From assembly GCA_008369845.1 (NCBI GenBank), contig MRSU01000638.1, positions 1-32,569 on the forward strand: DNA of 32,569 nucleotides, written 5' to 3'. Position 1 is the first letter of the stretch; the number at the start of each line of letters is the position of its first letter. The notes beneath the pieces were generated by a model, which had not been told where the DNA came from, made no database searches, and saw only the letters and a program-made list of their open reading frames with translations. Of this stretch, positions 9,656 to 18,136 are shown in pieces. This stretch comes from Trichomonas gallinae. Its lineage: Eukaryota. The position numbers and the translations under genes are program-made.

Positions 9656-10159
9656 ATGTTTCCACCAGATCAGTTCAATCGCGGTTATCAGCCCGATCGA
9701 ATTCCTCGTTTTGCTTCTTCCGACAGACAGATGGATGGGCGCTCGAGGAGGGAATTTCCTATGCGCAGCCAGTCAACGAGAATTGATATGGGAAGTCCAC
9801 GCGACGTTATGATGCAGAGGAAGTCTTCTTTATATCCTCCAATGTCAAAGTTCGATTTATCACAACGTGAAAGCGACATAGAAATGATTATACTTCCAAC
9901 AGACGTTACAATAGAAGATGACGATCCGTTAAAAGAAATCATCCAAATGCAAAATTCGATATCAGAGAAATTCGTAAATACACTGGAGAGTAGCTGTAAA
10001 GTTATAAGCGCAGCCACAGAAATTATTAACGAATGCCCTAAGTTTTCCAAAGCGTACAAAAATGCACAGCAGGTTGGTGCTGACTTAGAGATGCGTGTTA
10101 AATATATTACAGCTATAGAAGATGGAACAGACGCCAATTTAGAAGACGTTTTGAATTAA
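9656..10159 (+). CDS. Small protein with disordered N-terminus and probable KxDL-domain coiled coil (KXD1-like, BORC/BLOC-1)
   Basis: EIIQMQNSISEKFVNT...GADLEMRVKYITAI aligns by eye to the recalled KXD1 pattern AIILAQKNMLDRFEKT...KRDLDSIFRRIRTL. A promoter element lies at 9606. Confidence 0.5.
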   Translation: MFPPDQFNRGYQPDRIPRFASSDRQMDGRSRREFPMRSQSTRIDMGSPRDVMMQRKSSLYPPMSKFDLSQRESDIEMIILPTDVTIEDDDPLKEIIQMQNSISEKFVNTLESSCKVISAATEIINECPKFSKAYKNAQQVGADLEMRVKYITAIEDGTDANLEDVLN

Positions 10160-10767
10160 TTTGTGTTTTTTTATTACGAAATTTGGATCATGTGGCGTTT
10201 TATATATTATGTTTACACAATGATTTAAATTTTAATACTGTTTGTATTCTAAAAAAAATTCTATCAAAATATAGTATTCATTGACCAAATATACCAAAAA
10301 CGTATAATAGCACATCAATAGTACTATTTTCTTTTATTACACAATTTCGTTCTCGAATCAAATTATTTGTGCATATTTTAATATTGAGTTTTGTATAATA
10401 AATCTTGGATAAAATGTTTTAATGTATTCTAATAATTCATTATTTTGACTGTTTAGCTTGATAATTCGGTTAAAAAATCGATTTTAATATATGCATTTGA
10501 TCAATTCGTCGAATTACTTTGGTATTTTAATATACTACGAGAATATAATTGTTATGATTGACTATGATTGAATTGTAAGGGAAGAAACTAATAAAATAGA
10601 TAAAATCATAATAGTTTTGGATAATGAGCAGTGAACTATGTTCCTGTGTATTAGTTTATAAATTTCTTATATGCAGTGATATCTAAATAATCACTCTATC
10701 GCGATATATTTTAAAAAAATAATAAAATAGGGAGCGTTTCAGAGTAATAACCCTGTTTTATTAAAAA

Positions 10768-11748
10768 ATGGTGAAACTTGTTTATCCACAATCATATAAT
10801 GGAGATTCGATTCTTAACAGGTGCCTATATATAGCAGCCTATGAGAAATACTTTTCACCTGTAATTTCGCATATGTTCCGTTGGACTGAGCCGTTGATTT
10901 TGGTTTCGGTATGTTTAGTTATTTTATTATTGCTTCCTTTGATCTTCTTAGTTAGACCTGATGACTCATATCTCAAAATATCACGTCTTTACAACGTTTC
11001 AAGGTTATCTGTCCTTACATTTTTCCATCGAGTTATTTATATCTATCTTATTTTTTGTCCATTATCATTGCTTATCAATCAGCAGCCGCCATGCCGTCAA
11101 TACAACGCTTCAGCGAGCTTCTATTATTTAGCATATTTTCCTTCACCCAAATTTGCGTCTTTTACGTTTGCATGTCTATATATTGGCTCGCTCGCATCTG
11201 TTTCCAAAGTGAAATTTGTTCCAATCTTTGTTGCCATTAACTTTTTAGTTGGATTGAACAATATTCTTGCTGGAGACTTATCTGTTGCTCAAATGCTGGC
11301 AACATTTTGCCTAACATATATTATTCACTTCTATTCTATGCGCGTGCCATTTTGGTTCTTGCACGTCGAAAATATTGTTTTACCGATTTTATTTGTTATT
11401 ATATTCATCCTACAGAAAGATATTTTCTTCCATAGAACATTTGCACTTGGAAGAGCAATTACCACGCTTTCGTTGTGGGTTGCAAACTGTTATATGCTTG
11501 GAAGATATCATTATACTAGAGCTGGCTTTGTATCGGTTGGTAGGCCTATTGATTTAGAGTATGAAGCAGATACAAAATCAAATGCATATTTTAGTATCCT
11601 TTCTTCTGAAGAAGAAGATGTTTTTACAGCAAATCTTCGCAAAGATTTGTTAGATTCATGCGTGGCAACCATAGTTTATCTAGTTGGTTTAGTCTTGCGA
11701 TATATGGTTAAGGTTGATTGGGAAACCTCTTCAAGCGGTTTAATATGA
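10768..11748 (+). CDS. Multi-pass membrane protein, PAP2/dolichyl-diphosphatase-like fold with degenerate catalytic motifs
   Basis: About 7-8 hydrophobic segments. The spacing of LINQQPPC / YFPSPK / NNILAGDLSVAQMLA mirrors PAP2 C1, C2 and C3. Confidence 0.55.
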   Translation: MVKLVYPQSYNGDSILNRCLYIAAYEKYFSPVISHMFRWTEPLILVSVCLVILLLLPLIFLVRPDDSYLKISRLYNVSRLSVLTFFHRVIYIYLIFCPLSLLINQQPPCRQYNASASFYYLAYFPSPKFASFTFACLYIGSLASVSKVKFVPIFVAINFLVGLNNILAGDLSVAQMLATFCLTYIIHFYSMRVPFWFLHVENIVLPILFVIIFILQKDIFFHRTFALGRAITTLSLWVANCYMLGRYHYTRAGFVSVGRPIDLEYEADTKSNAYFSILSSEEEDVFTANLRKDLLDSCVATIVYLVGLVLRYMVKVDWETSSSGLI

Positions 11749-12079
11749 TTTTTATCTTATTGTTTGTCTCCAAATATAAATATGTGTAGCTTTCTGTCCT
11801 TTAATTCATCTTATATATTTCATAGTCGCATATTTTTGGTGAAAATTAATTTTGTTATGCAGCATTAATTAATGCAGTTTTGTTATGTAATTCGAAAGTC
11901 GGATTTTCATTGCAATTCCAATTAGATTGCATATTTAAATCCTCTTTGCATAGGCTAGCTAAACATTATATGCATATAATTGTAATTGTTTACCTAAAAG
12001 ATTAATTGATAAAGCAATGTGCATGTTACAAATGACAAATAAAATGTTTATTAGTTATGAACAAGAAATATAAATAATA

Positions 12080-14173
12080 TTAATTTGATTGATCAACAGG
12101 CGTCTTTTCTCTAATCATATTTAGTGCTTGCGGAGGCTGCTCATTAGGTTTAGACCCGCCAACTGGCATATATCTCTGGAAGTCGTATGACTGGGAAAGC
12201 GCATTGCTATCTGCCATTGCAGATTTAGCCTTTTCAGGAGGCTGAGAACCATCCTGTGTCGTGTCTCTCATATAGTAGTGTCCGTCGGCACCTTTCAGTA
12301 ACTTCTGATTGGCGATGAGCATCTTCGAGTTTCTGTTCATGACGAGAGTCAAAGGACCCTTCGCCTGTTTCGGCTTCGGTTTCGCGTCAGGAGGAACTTG
12401 AGGGACAGCGTCGACTGGATCCCTCTGCTTCGCCTGCTTGAGCGGTGGAAGTACTCCATTGGCTGACGGCTTTGTGTGGCAGAGCTCCATGACACGAGCA
12501 TTTTCTGGGAACAGCTGGTTGAGAAATCCGAAGAATTCATCTCGCGTGAGTCTGATTCTCATGTCTTCCTCGACTCTGCCTTTGTCTGCCTTCATTGATA
12601 GCTTCACGCGCTGTGTCTTCAGCTCGGACTTGATGTTTTCGAGGGCCGTGAGTTGCTGAATAAGCTGCTTGGCTTCGTTTCTCTCCAGCTTGATTCCGCC
12701 GCCTTTGCCGATGGAAAATGCGTCAATCAGGAGATTCTCGACACGCGGCATAACTGCGTCGAGTACCTTTTGCGTTATCTTGCTTTCGTCGACTCTTGCT
12801 GGCGGTCCTTTTGTGACTGCGACAGCTGGATTCTTGTCCTTCATCTGGTCGATCAGTTCCTTCATTCCTGAGCCTTTCTTTCTCGATTTCTTCTTCGTCT
12901 TCTTCTCTTCGTTTTCGTTTCCTAATCCTTTCTCTTTCTTCCTGCTGGATGAATGCGTACTGGCCTTCGACGATCTCGCGCTCTTTGCGATTCTGTTGTC
13001 CATGACTTCCTTCTCGACCTCTGTAACAATATCTTCGAACTCGTCTTCTGCTTCGCCTTCCTGTGAATCTGTTGATGCCTTCCTATTCTGTGCTTCGATG
13101 AACTTGTCAACATCAGCTTGCAAGCCGACGCTGCGGAGTCCATCGCACGGTCCGTATGTTCTTGTTTCTGTCTCTTCGAACGTGACGCCTTCGTTGAAGT
13201 CAATTGCGACGCTTCTGAGCTCGAACTGCTCCGCGTCATCTTCGTCTTCTTCGCCGGCAGATGCCCAGCCTTCGTCGTCTTCGAAATCGTAATCGTAGTC
13301 GTCCATGTCTTCCTCGCCTTGATTGACTTCGGCGATCTTCATGAGGCGGTTGTATTCGTCTGCGATCTTATTCTTCTGGGCCTTGTAGTTGCTGTCTAAA
13401 TCTTGCTGCTTCTTTTGGAGCATTTCAAAAGCCGTTTTAACCTTTTCTTCTGTCGCTCCTTCGCCTGATAGAGCGTATTCGACGATTGCTGACGTGTCAT
13501 CTTCGGATGCAGCCACTCCTGCGCCTCCCATGACTTTGATCTTCGCGAGAGCATCACGCAATTCATCGCGAGTGACGTATTTGTCTTCTGAGTCATCTGG
13601 ACCGTCTTGGAGAGTCTTGTGAAGTGCATTTTGTTGAATTTGAAGCTTAATTGATTGCATGTTTCGTTCGTTATTATCTTGAATTTCTTGGCGTTGTCTT
13701 TGGAGCTCTTTTTCAAGAGAGGCCATTCCATTGGACAGTTCCTGGAATGCCTCTGTAAGTCTTGCGTTCTCTTGAGTAGAAGCAACAAAATCTTCGCGAT
13801 CTACCTTATTTTGTATATCATTATCGAATTTAGAGAGTGTTTCTGCGTTGTTAATGAGTTTTTCGCTCTGTGACTGTAGTTTTGCAGTGATAGCATCGAG
13901 TGCATCGTCAAATGGAATTCCTTCTCTTGTGTAGATTGTAGGTTGCATACTTTGAAGTCTAACAAAGATTCTATTTTCGATTTCGTCGATCGATGCTGTT
14001 AGATTTGAGACCTGAGTCTGCAAGGATCTGACTTGAGATCTTAATTCGTCGATATATGTTTGTTGTTGTACAGAAGTCTGCAGCATCTGCGTCACACCCT
14101 TCCCAAACAGGTTAAACACATACGTCATCGTTGATTGCTCCATGTTTTCAGCATCTTCGCCGGTGGGCAGCAT
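12080..14173 (-). CDS. Large coiled-coil protein, possibly DUF4795/QRICH2/C16orf96-like
   Basis: 697-aa ORF with GC3-rich codon usage, heptad coiled coils and acidic and Lys-rich tracts. It contains KVDREDF, KLSMKADKGRVEEDMRIRLTRDEF and C-terminal LKGADGHYY. The CDS is well supported; the family call is tentative. Confidence 0.6.
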   Translation of the reverse strand: MLPTGEDAENMEQSTMTYVFNLFGKGVTQMLQTSVQQQTYIDELRSQVRSLQTQVSNLTASIDEIENRIFVRLQSMQPTIYTREGIPFDDALDAITAKLQSQSEKLINNAETLSKFDNDIQNKVDREDFVASTQENARLTEAFQELSNGMASLEKELQRQRQEIQDNNERNMQSIKLQIQQNALHKTLQDGPDDSEDKYVTRDELRDALAKIKVMGGAGVAASEDDTSAIVEYALSGEGATEEKVKTAFEMLQKKQQDLDSNYKAQKNKIADEYNRLMKIAEVNQGEEDMDDYDYDFEDDEGWASAGEEDEDDAEQFELRSVAIDFNEGVTFEETETRTYGPCDGLRSVGLQADVDKFIEAQNRKASTDSQEGEAEDEFEDIVTEVEKEVMDNRIAKSARSSKASTHSSSRKKEKGLGNENEEKKTKKKSRKKGSGMKELIDQMKDKNPAVAVTKGPPARVDESKITQKVLDAVMPRVENLLIDAFSIGKGGGIKLERNEAKQLIQQLTALENIKSELKTQRVKLSMKADKGRVEEDMRIRLTRDEFFGFLNQLFPENARVMELCHTKPSANGVLPPLKQAKQRDPVDAVPQVPPDAKPKPKQAKGPLTLVMNRNSKMLIANQKLLKGADGHYYMRDTTQDGSQPPEKAKSAMADSNALSQSYDFQRYMPVGGSKPNEQPPQALNMIREKTPVDQSN

Positions 14174-14926
14174 GCTTCAACACGTTATTTCGCCTATCGT
14201 CCAGATTTTCGAAAAATTGAATTTATGGCTTAAAACTTATATATTTGGAATAATCTTTATATATTTATTCCATTTTTATTATCAAAATTGCAAAATCTTC
14301 ATTTTTCATTAAATTAATTATATATTGATTTTTATTTGTTTATTTGCTTTATCTATGATATTTATATGATTTTGACGGTGATAAATTAAAAAATAAAAAT
14401 GTAAATTTTAATATGTGATAATTTCCTGCATTTTTTAATTATTACTTTGTCTACTCTAGAGAAATTGATGCTTTTTATTATGCTTCACATTGTTATATTG
14501 GTGGTTATCAATTTACATTGTTGTATAAGATTTTTACATTAGCAACATTCGTCCGACAACAACATATTAGAGATCAACTACCAATGTTTCTATTATTATA
14601 TTAGGAATGTGCGAATTGGATGTTTAATGATGATTCAACTGATTAGCTAAAATGTAATCATATTATGAAAATATGAAATTCATCTTTTGTTATGATAATA
14701 ATTTCAACATTTCGTATGTTATACATTCTTATCGATGTCATTGAATATGAACAATAATGTCAAAATAGATATTTTCGTATTTTGGAAAAATATTGAATTA
14801 AAATGATATTTTATATATTATGATTTCTATATAATAAGCAGTAAATAAACGACCTAAGATTTCATGTTTGAAACAATTGATTTATTATATAAAAAATAAG
14901 TATTGAATAACAATATAAATTAAAAA

Positions 14927-17533
14927 TTATAATTCTTGGTTTTGTTTTTCATTGTCATTAGCATTCTGCTCAGCTTCTTTTGATTGTTGTTTGTTAGTCT
15001 TTTCTGGAACATTCAAAAACTCTGTTTCTTTATTATCATTGTTTTCTTGCTTTTGTTCTTCATTTTCTTGCTTTGATTCTGTATCTATTGGCTCTTGAGT
15101 TGTTTGCTCTTCATTTGTCTCAGCACTTTGTTCATTTAACTGCTTCTTTACCATTTCATCGAATTCTTTTTTCCTTCTTTGAATTTCTGCATGAATTTCA
15201 TCAGGAGACAAAGAACCTAACATCTCATTTCTCTGTCTAATCAATTCCTCTATAGATGGCTTAGTTGATCCAATGTCTTCCTCAACATTTTCATGTGATG
15301 AAGCAAAATCTTCACTTGCTTCTATTTTATCATTTGATGCTGAATTTTCAGTTGATGTGGATGAATTCTCAATTGATGATGAATTTGTAGATGATGCGGA
15401 ATTTGTAGAATTCTCTTCTGATGATGTAGAATTTGAAATTATTGTTGAGTTTTCAGATAATGAAGTCGAATTTTCATTTGGTAATTTTTCTTGTGATGGT
15501 GATTTTTCTTGTGGTGGAGGAGTGTAGCCAAACTCAGGCATTTCGTCTGCAAGCTCAGGAGGAATTTCTGGCGGTGGGTCGTGTTTTGGCTTCATTTTTA
15601 TGACTGGTTCGCCGCCAAATAATATTTGCGGAAGTTCAGGTGCAGGTTTTTCGTTTTTCTGCTTTGCGATTTCGTTCGCGTACATCTCCTGGAGCCTTCT
15701 GGCTTCGTTTGAGTATTCGAGATGCTTTTGCATGTGCTCAATTATTTCGGTTGTGTTTGTTGTATTTCTTGACAAAGCAAGTTCTATCATAGATTTGTTG
15801 AACATTTGCAAAGCTGAATTCATCAACTGATCGAGTTGTTCTTTCCTCTTCCTCTCTTTCTCCTGGTTCTCTTTCTCTATTTCAGCTGGTGTCTTGATGA
15901 TGAGGCCCAGCTGTCTCAATAACTCAATGTTTGGATGGTCGTCGGAAATCATTCCATTCTTGAAGTTGATTGTTATAGAATTCGATTCTTTGATTTTCTG
16001 TAAAATCTCGTCAACATATGCTTTCTGTTTCAGAATATCTTGTGCTGTTATTTCAGTGGAATTCATCTCATCGAATTCTTTGATCATTCTGTCTGTCTGG
16101 TCAAGTATAGCATTCGCAATCAGTTTATTTTCGCCGACGCATTTTGACGATTTTTCGCACTCTCTTTCTAGTTCAATTGCAGCTTCGTTTAGCTTAGATA
16201 TGAGCATTGATGCCTTGATGGAGTCTTCGCGCATCGTGATTATAGTTGATAAATTCTCTAAAAGAGAAATGTTGCATTTATGTTCTGAGTTATTTATTTG
16301 ATTAATTTCATTCATCCATTTTTCGCGAATTGATTCATTCGCTATTGCTGCGATTTCGTAGTCTTCCTCAACTAGGAACTTGTAGTTGTTTAACATTTCA
16401 GTGAAAACCTTGCATGTGTTTGTTTGAGAATGATTTTTTTCTGATTTTTGATTTTTGAAATATTTTCCTCCGAGTAATAAAGTGTGGCCAAACTCGCTGA
16501 ACGAAAGGAATTCCTCTGTGTTGTTTGTTTCATGGACAGGGTTGCCCTTAGATGCAAACGCTGTCTGAAGCTGCTTGCTCATAGATGTATGTTTGATGAA
16601 CCTGCCTTCGATTTTTATGTCGATGATTTCTGGATTTCCAAATTTAGATTGACCGAATTGCAGTGTTATTGTTCCTGATGTACAGTTATGCAGTGATGTG
16701 TCGTGAAGGTGAAGAACTTTGTCGCAGATTTGGTCGATTGTTTGGCTGTAGTTAAGCTCAGGGATCTTAACTGTGTTGTTTATTAATGCTGGAATTGGAA
16801 ATGCTAAAGCTTTTACGTCGTAGACGTCTGATTTCTTGATGATTGTGTTGTTTTCTATGATTATTGAGTATTCGGCTGGAATTTTGATGTCAACACCGAA
16901 GTTATTTAATTGCTTGTAAGCAATTTTTTGCATTAAGTTAACTGTGTAGTTTATTGTCGAGTTTTGATAAGAAGGATATTCGCCTAATACTTCTTGGATG
17001 TCTTCATCGATTGAATCCGGTGAAACTAGCGTAGAAATAAGTTTTTCATTTTTAATTTCGTTTTTCCAGAAATAAAGATTTGTTTCATTCGAAGTATTGT
17101 CTGTATATACCATCAATTCTCTCATTTCTGGCACTGAAACGTAATTATCAGGCATTGAAGCGTCGAATTTGATATTTAAGTTCTTCAAAACGGTCCAAAA
17201 CTTAGCTCTTATATGATAATCCATATCATGTGGGTAGGAAAATGCGAATAAATCGTGATCTATGCTTGTATTTTTCACAAGTTGGTTGACCAAAAAAGAT
17301 GTAGCGTTGAAATAATCTAATCCTTCAATGTCATCTCTAAATGTAGCTTTTTCGATGCATTCGTCTCCAAAAAGAGCATTATATTCTGTCTGATCTGAAG
17401 ATTTGCAAATTTTATTCGGCAAACAGTCGATATGTGTTGTTCCATATGGGTGTACATCGGCAATGCAAAGATTTTCGTAGCCAAAGTTGATTGCCCAAAG
17501 CTTAGATTGAACAGCACAGATAAAGAAAAACAT
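14927..17533 (-). CDS. Secretory-pathway protein with signal peptide, divergent Hsp70/Grp170-like N-terminus and C-terminal QEL
   Basis: Short signal peptide MFFFICAVQS, then LWAINFGYENLCIADVHPYG, many N-x-S/T sequons, a helical middle region, a Ser/Asn-rich tract and an acidic tail ending QNQEL. Confidence 0.6.
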   Translation of the reverse strand: MFFFICAVQSKLWAINFGYENLCIADVHPYGTTHIDCLPNKICKSSDQTEYNALFGDECIEKATFRDDIEGLDYFNATSFLVNQLVKNTSIDHDLFAFSYPHDMDYHIRAKFWTVLKNLNIKFDASMPDNYVSVPEMRELMVYTDNTSNETNLYFWKNEIKNEKLISTLVSPDSIDEDIQEVLGEYPSYQNSTINYTVNLMQKIAYKQLNNFGVDIKIPAEYSIIIENNTIIKKSDVYDVKALAFPIPALINNTVKIPELNYSQTIDQICDKVLHLHDTSLHNCTSGTITLQFGQSKFGNPEIIDIKIEGRFIKHTSMSKQLQTAFASKGNPVHETNNTEEFLSFSEFGHTLLLGGKYFKNQKSEKNHSQTNTCKVFTEMLNNYKFLVEEDYEIAAIANESIREKWMNEINQINNSEHKCNISLLENLSTIITMREDSIKASMLISKLNEAAIELERECEKSSKCVGENKLIANAILDQTDRMIKEFDEMNSTEITAQDILKQKAYVDEILQKIKESNSITINFKNGMISDDHPNIELLRQLGLIIKTPAEIEKENQEKERKRKEQLDQLMNSALQMFNKSMIELALSRNTTNTTEIIEHMQKHLEYSNEARRLQEMYANEIAKQKNEKPAPELPQILFGGEPVIKMKPKHDPPPEIPPELADEMPEFGYTPPPQEKSPSQEKLPNENSTSLSENSTIISNSTSSEENSTNSASSTNSSSIENSSTSTENSASNDKIEASEDFASSHENVEEDIGSTKPSIEELIRQRNEMLGSLSPDEIHAEIQRRKKEFDEMVKKQLNEQSAETNEEQTTQEPIDTESKQENEEQKQENNDNKETEFLNVPEKTNKQQSKEAEQNANDNEKQNQEL

Positions 17534-17656
17534 TTATTTATTTTGACAAATAAAATTCATGTAAAGTGATAAATGTCAAAAATGATTTCAAAAGAGTATT
17601 TTACTAAGACGTATCATTATACATGGAAAGTAAGCAACGTATTATTTGCATTCCGC

Positions 17657-17859
17657 GAGAATGGCTACTTTTACTGCAGACCTCCTGATTTTGACATTAT
17701 TGAATGAGTTTGCAGTACAAGAAAGCCAGTTTCAGACTATCATTACACTTATTCATCGAATTTGACCTGCAAGGGCCAATAAACACCTTGCATGTCGAAA
17801 GAATTAATAACTTACGACCTGTAAGGTTTTTATAGGGTCTTGCAAACCGAATTACAGAT
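17657..17859 (+). ncRNA. Candidate box H/ACA guide RNA (three hairpins)
   Basis: GC-richer non-coding island with three stems whose G-U pairs favour the + strand. An ANANNA box (AGACTA 17734-17739) follows hairpin 1 directly, and an ACA at 17854-17856 lies 14 nt after the top stem of hairpin 3. Confidence 0.55.
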
Positions 17860-17937
17860 TATTTCGTCATCTACAAGAGTCGCTACATCATATATTAGTG
17901 GTATCTGTGATAAAATTCTAATAATAGAAACCATTTT

Positions 17938-18133
17938 TGACATGTAAATTTAAAAATGACACTATACATTATAATCCGACGTGTAATGTGATATATTGTC
18001 AAAGATCTTTTTTTCAAGCATACCTGGAAAAAAATGATGAATTTACGTGTCAGATAATGACGTGTAAATATTTTATGTGACAGTTTTTCCAAATATGTGT
18101 CAAGAGTGATGCGATCATAAAAGTGACAAAATT
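17938..18133. promoter_or_regulatory. TGWCRYGTAAA cluster and AAAGTGAC-AAAATT core element upstream of the Lnt-like gene
   Basis: Copies at 17938, 18042 (inverted), 18058 and 18072 (inverted variant). aaaagtgacaaaattttc lies immediately before ATG 18137. Confidence 0.55.
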
Positions 18134-18136
18134 TTC

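Noticed and set aside
11862..11875. Palindrome GCATTAATTAATGC and nearby TGCA-rich stems between convergent genes
   Set aside because: These are AT-rich, expected by chance, and have no snoRNA boxes.
17606..17890. Identity of the structured island as U3 (AAGAC..ATCATT start), RNase P/MRP (TTCAGACTA, GGAAAGT) or snR30/U17 (AAACC)
   Set aside because: There are no U3 A', B, C or D boxes in order, no P4 partner for the RNase P-like words, and the m1/m2 spacing does not fit.
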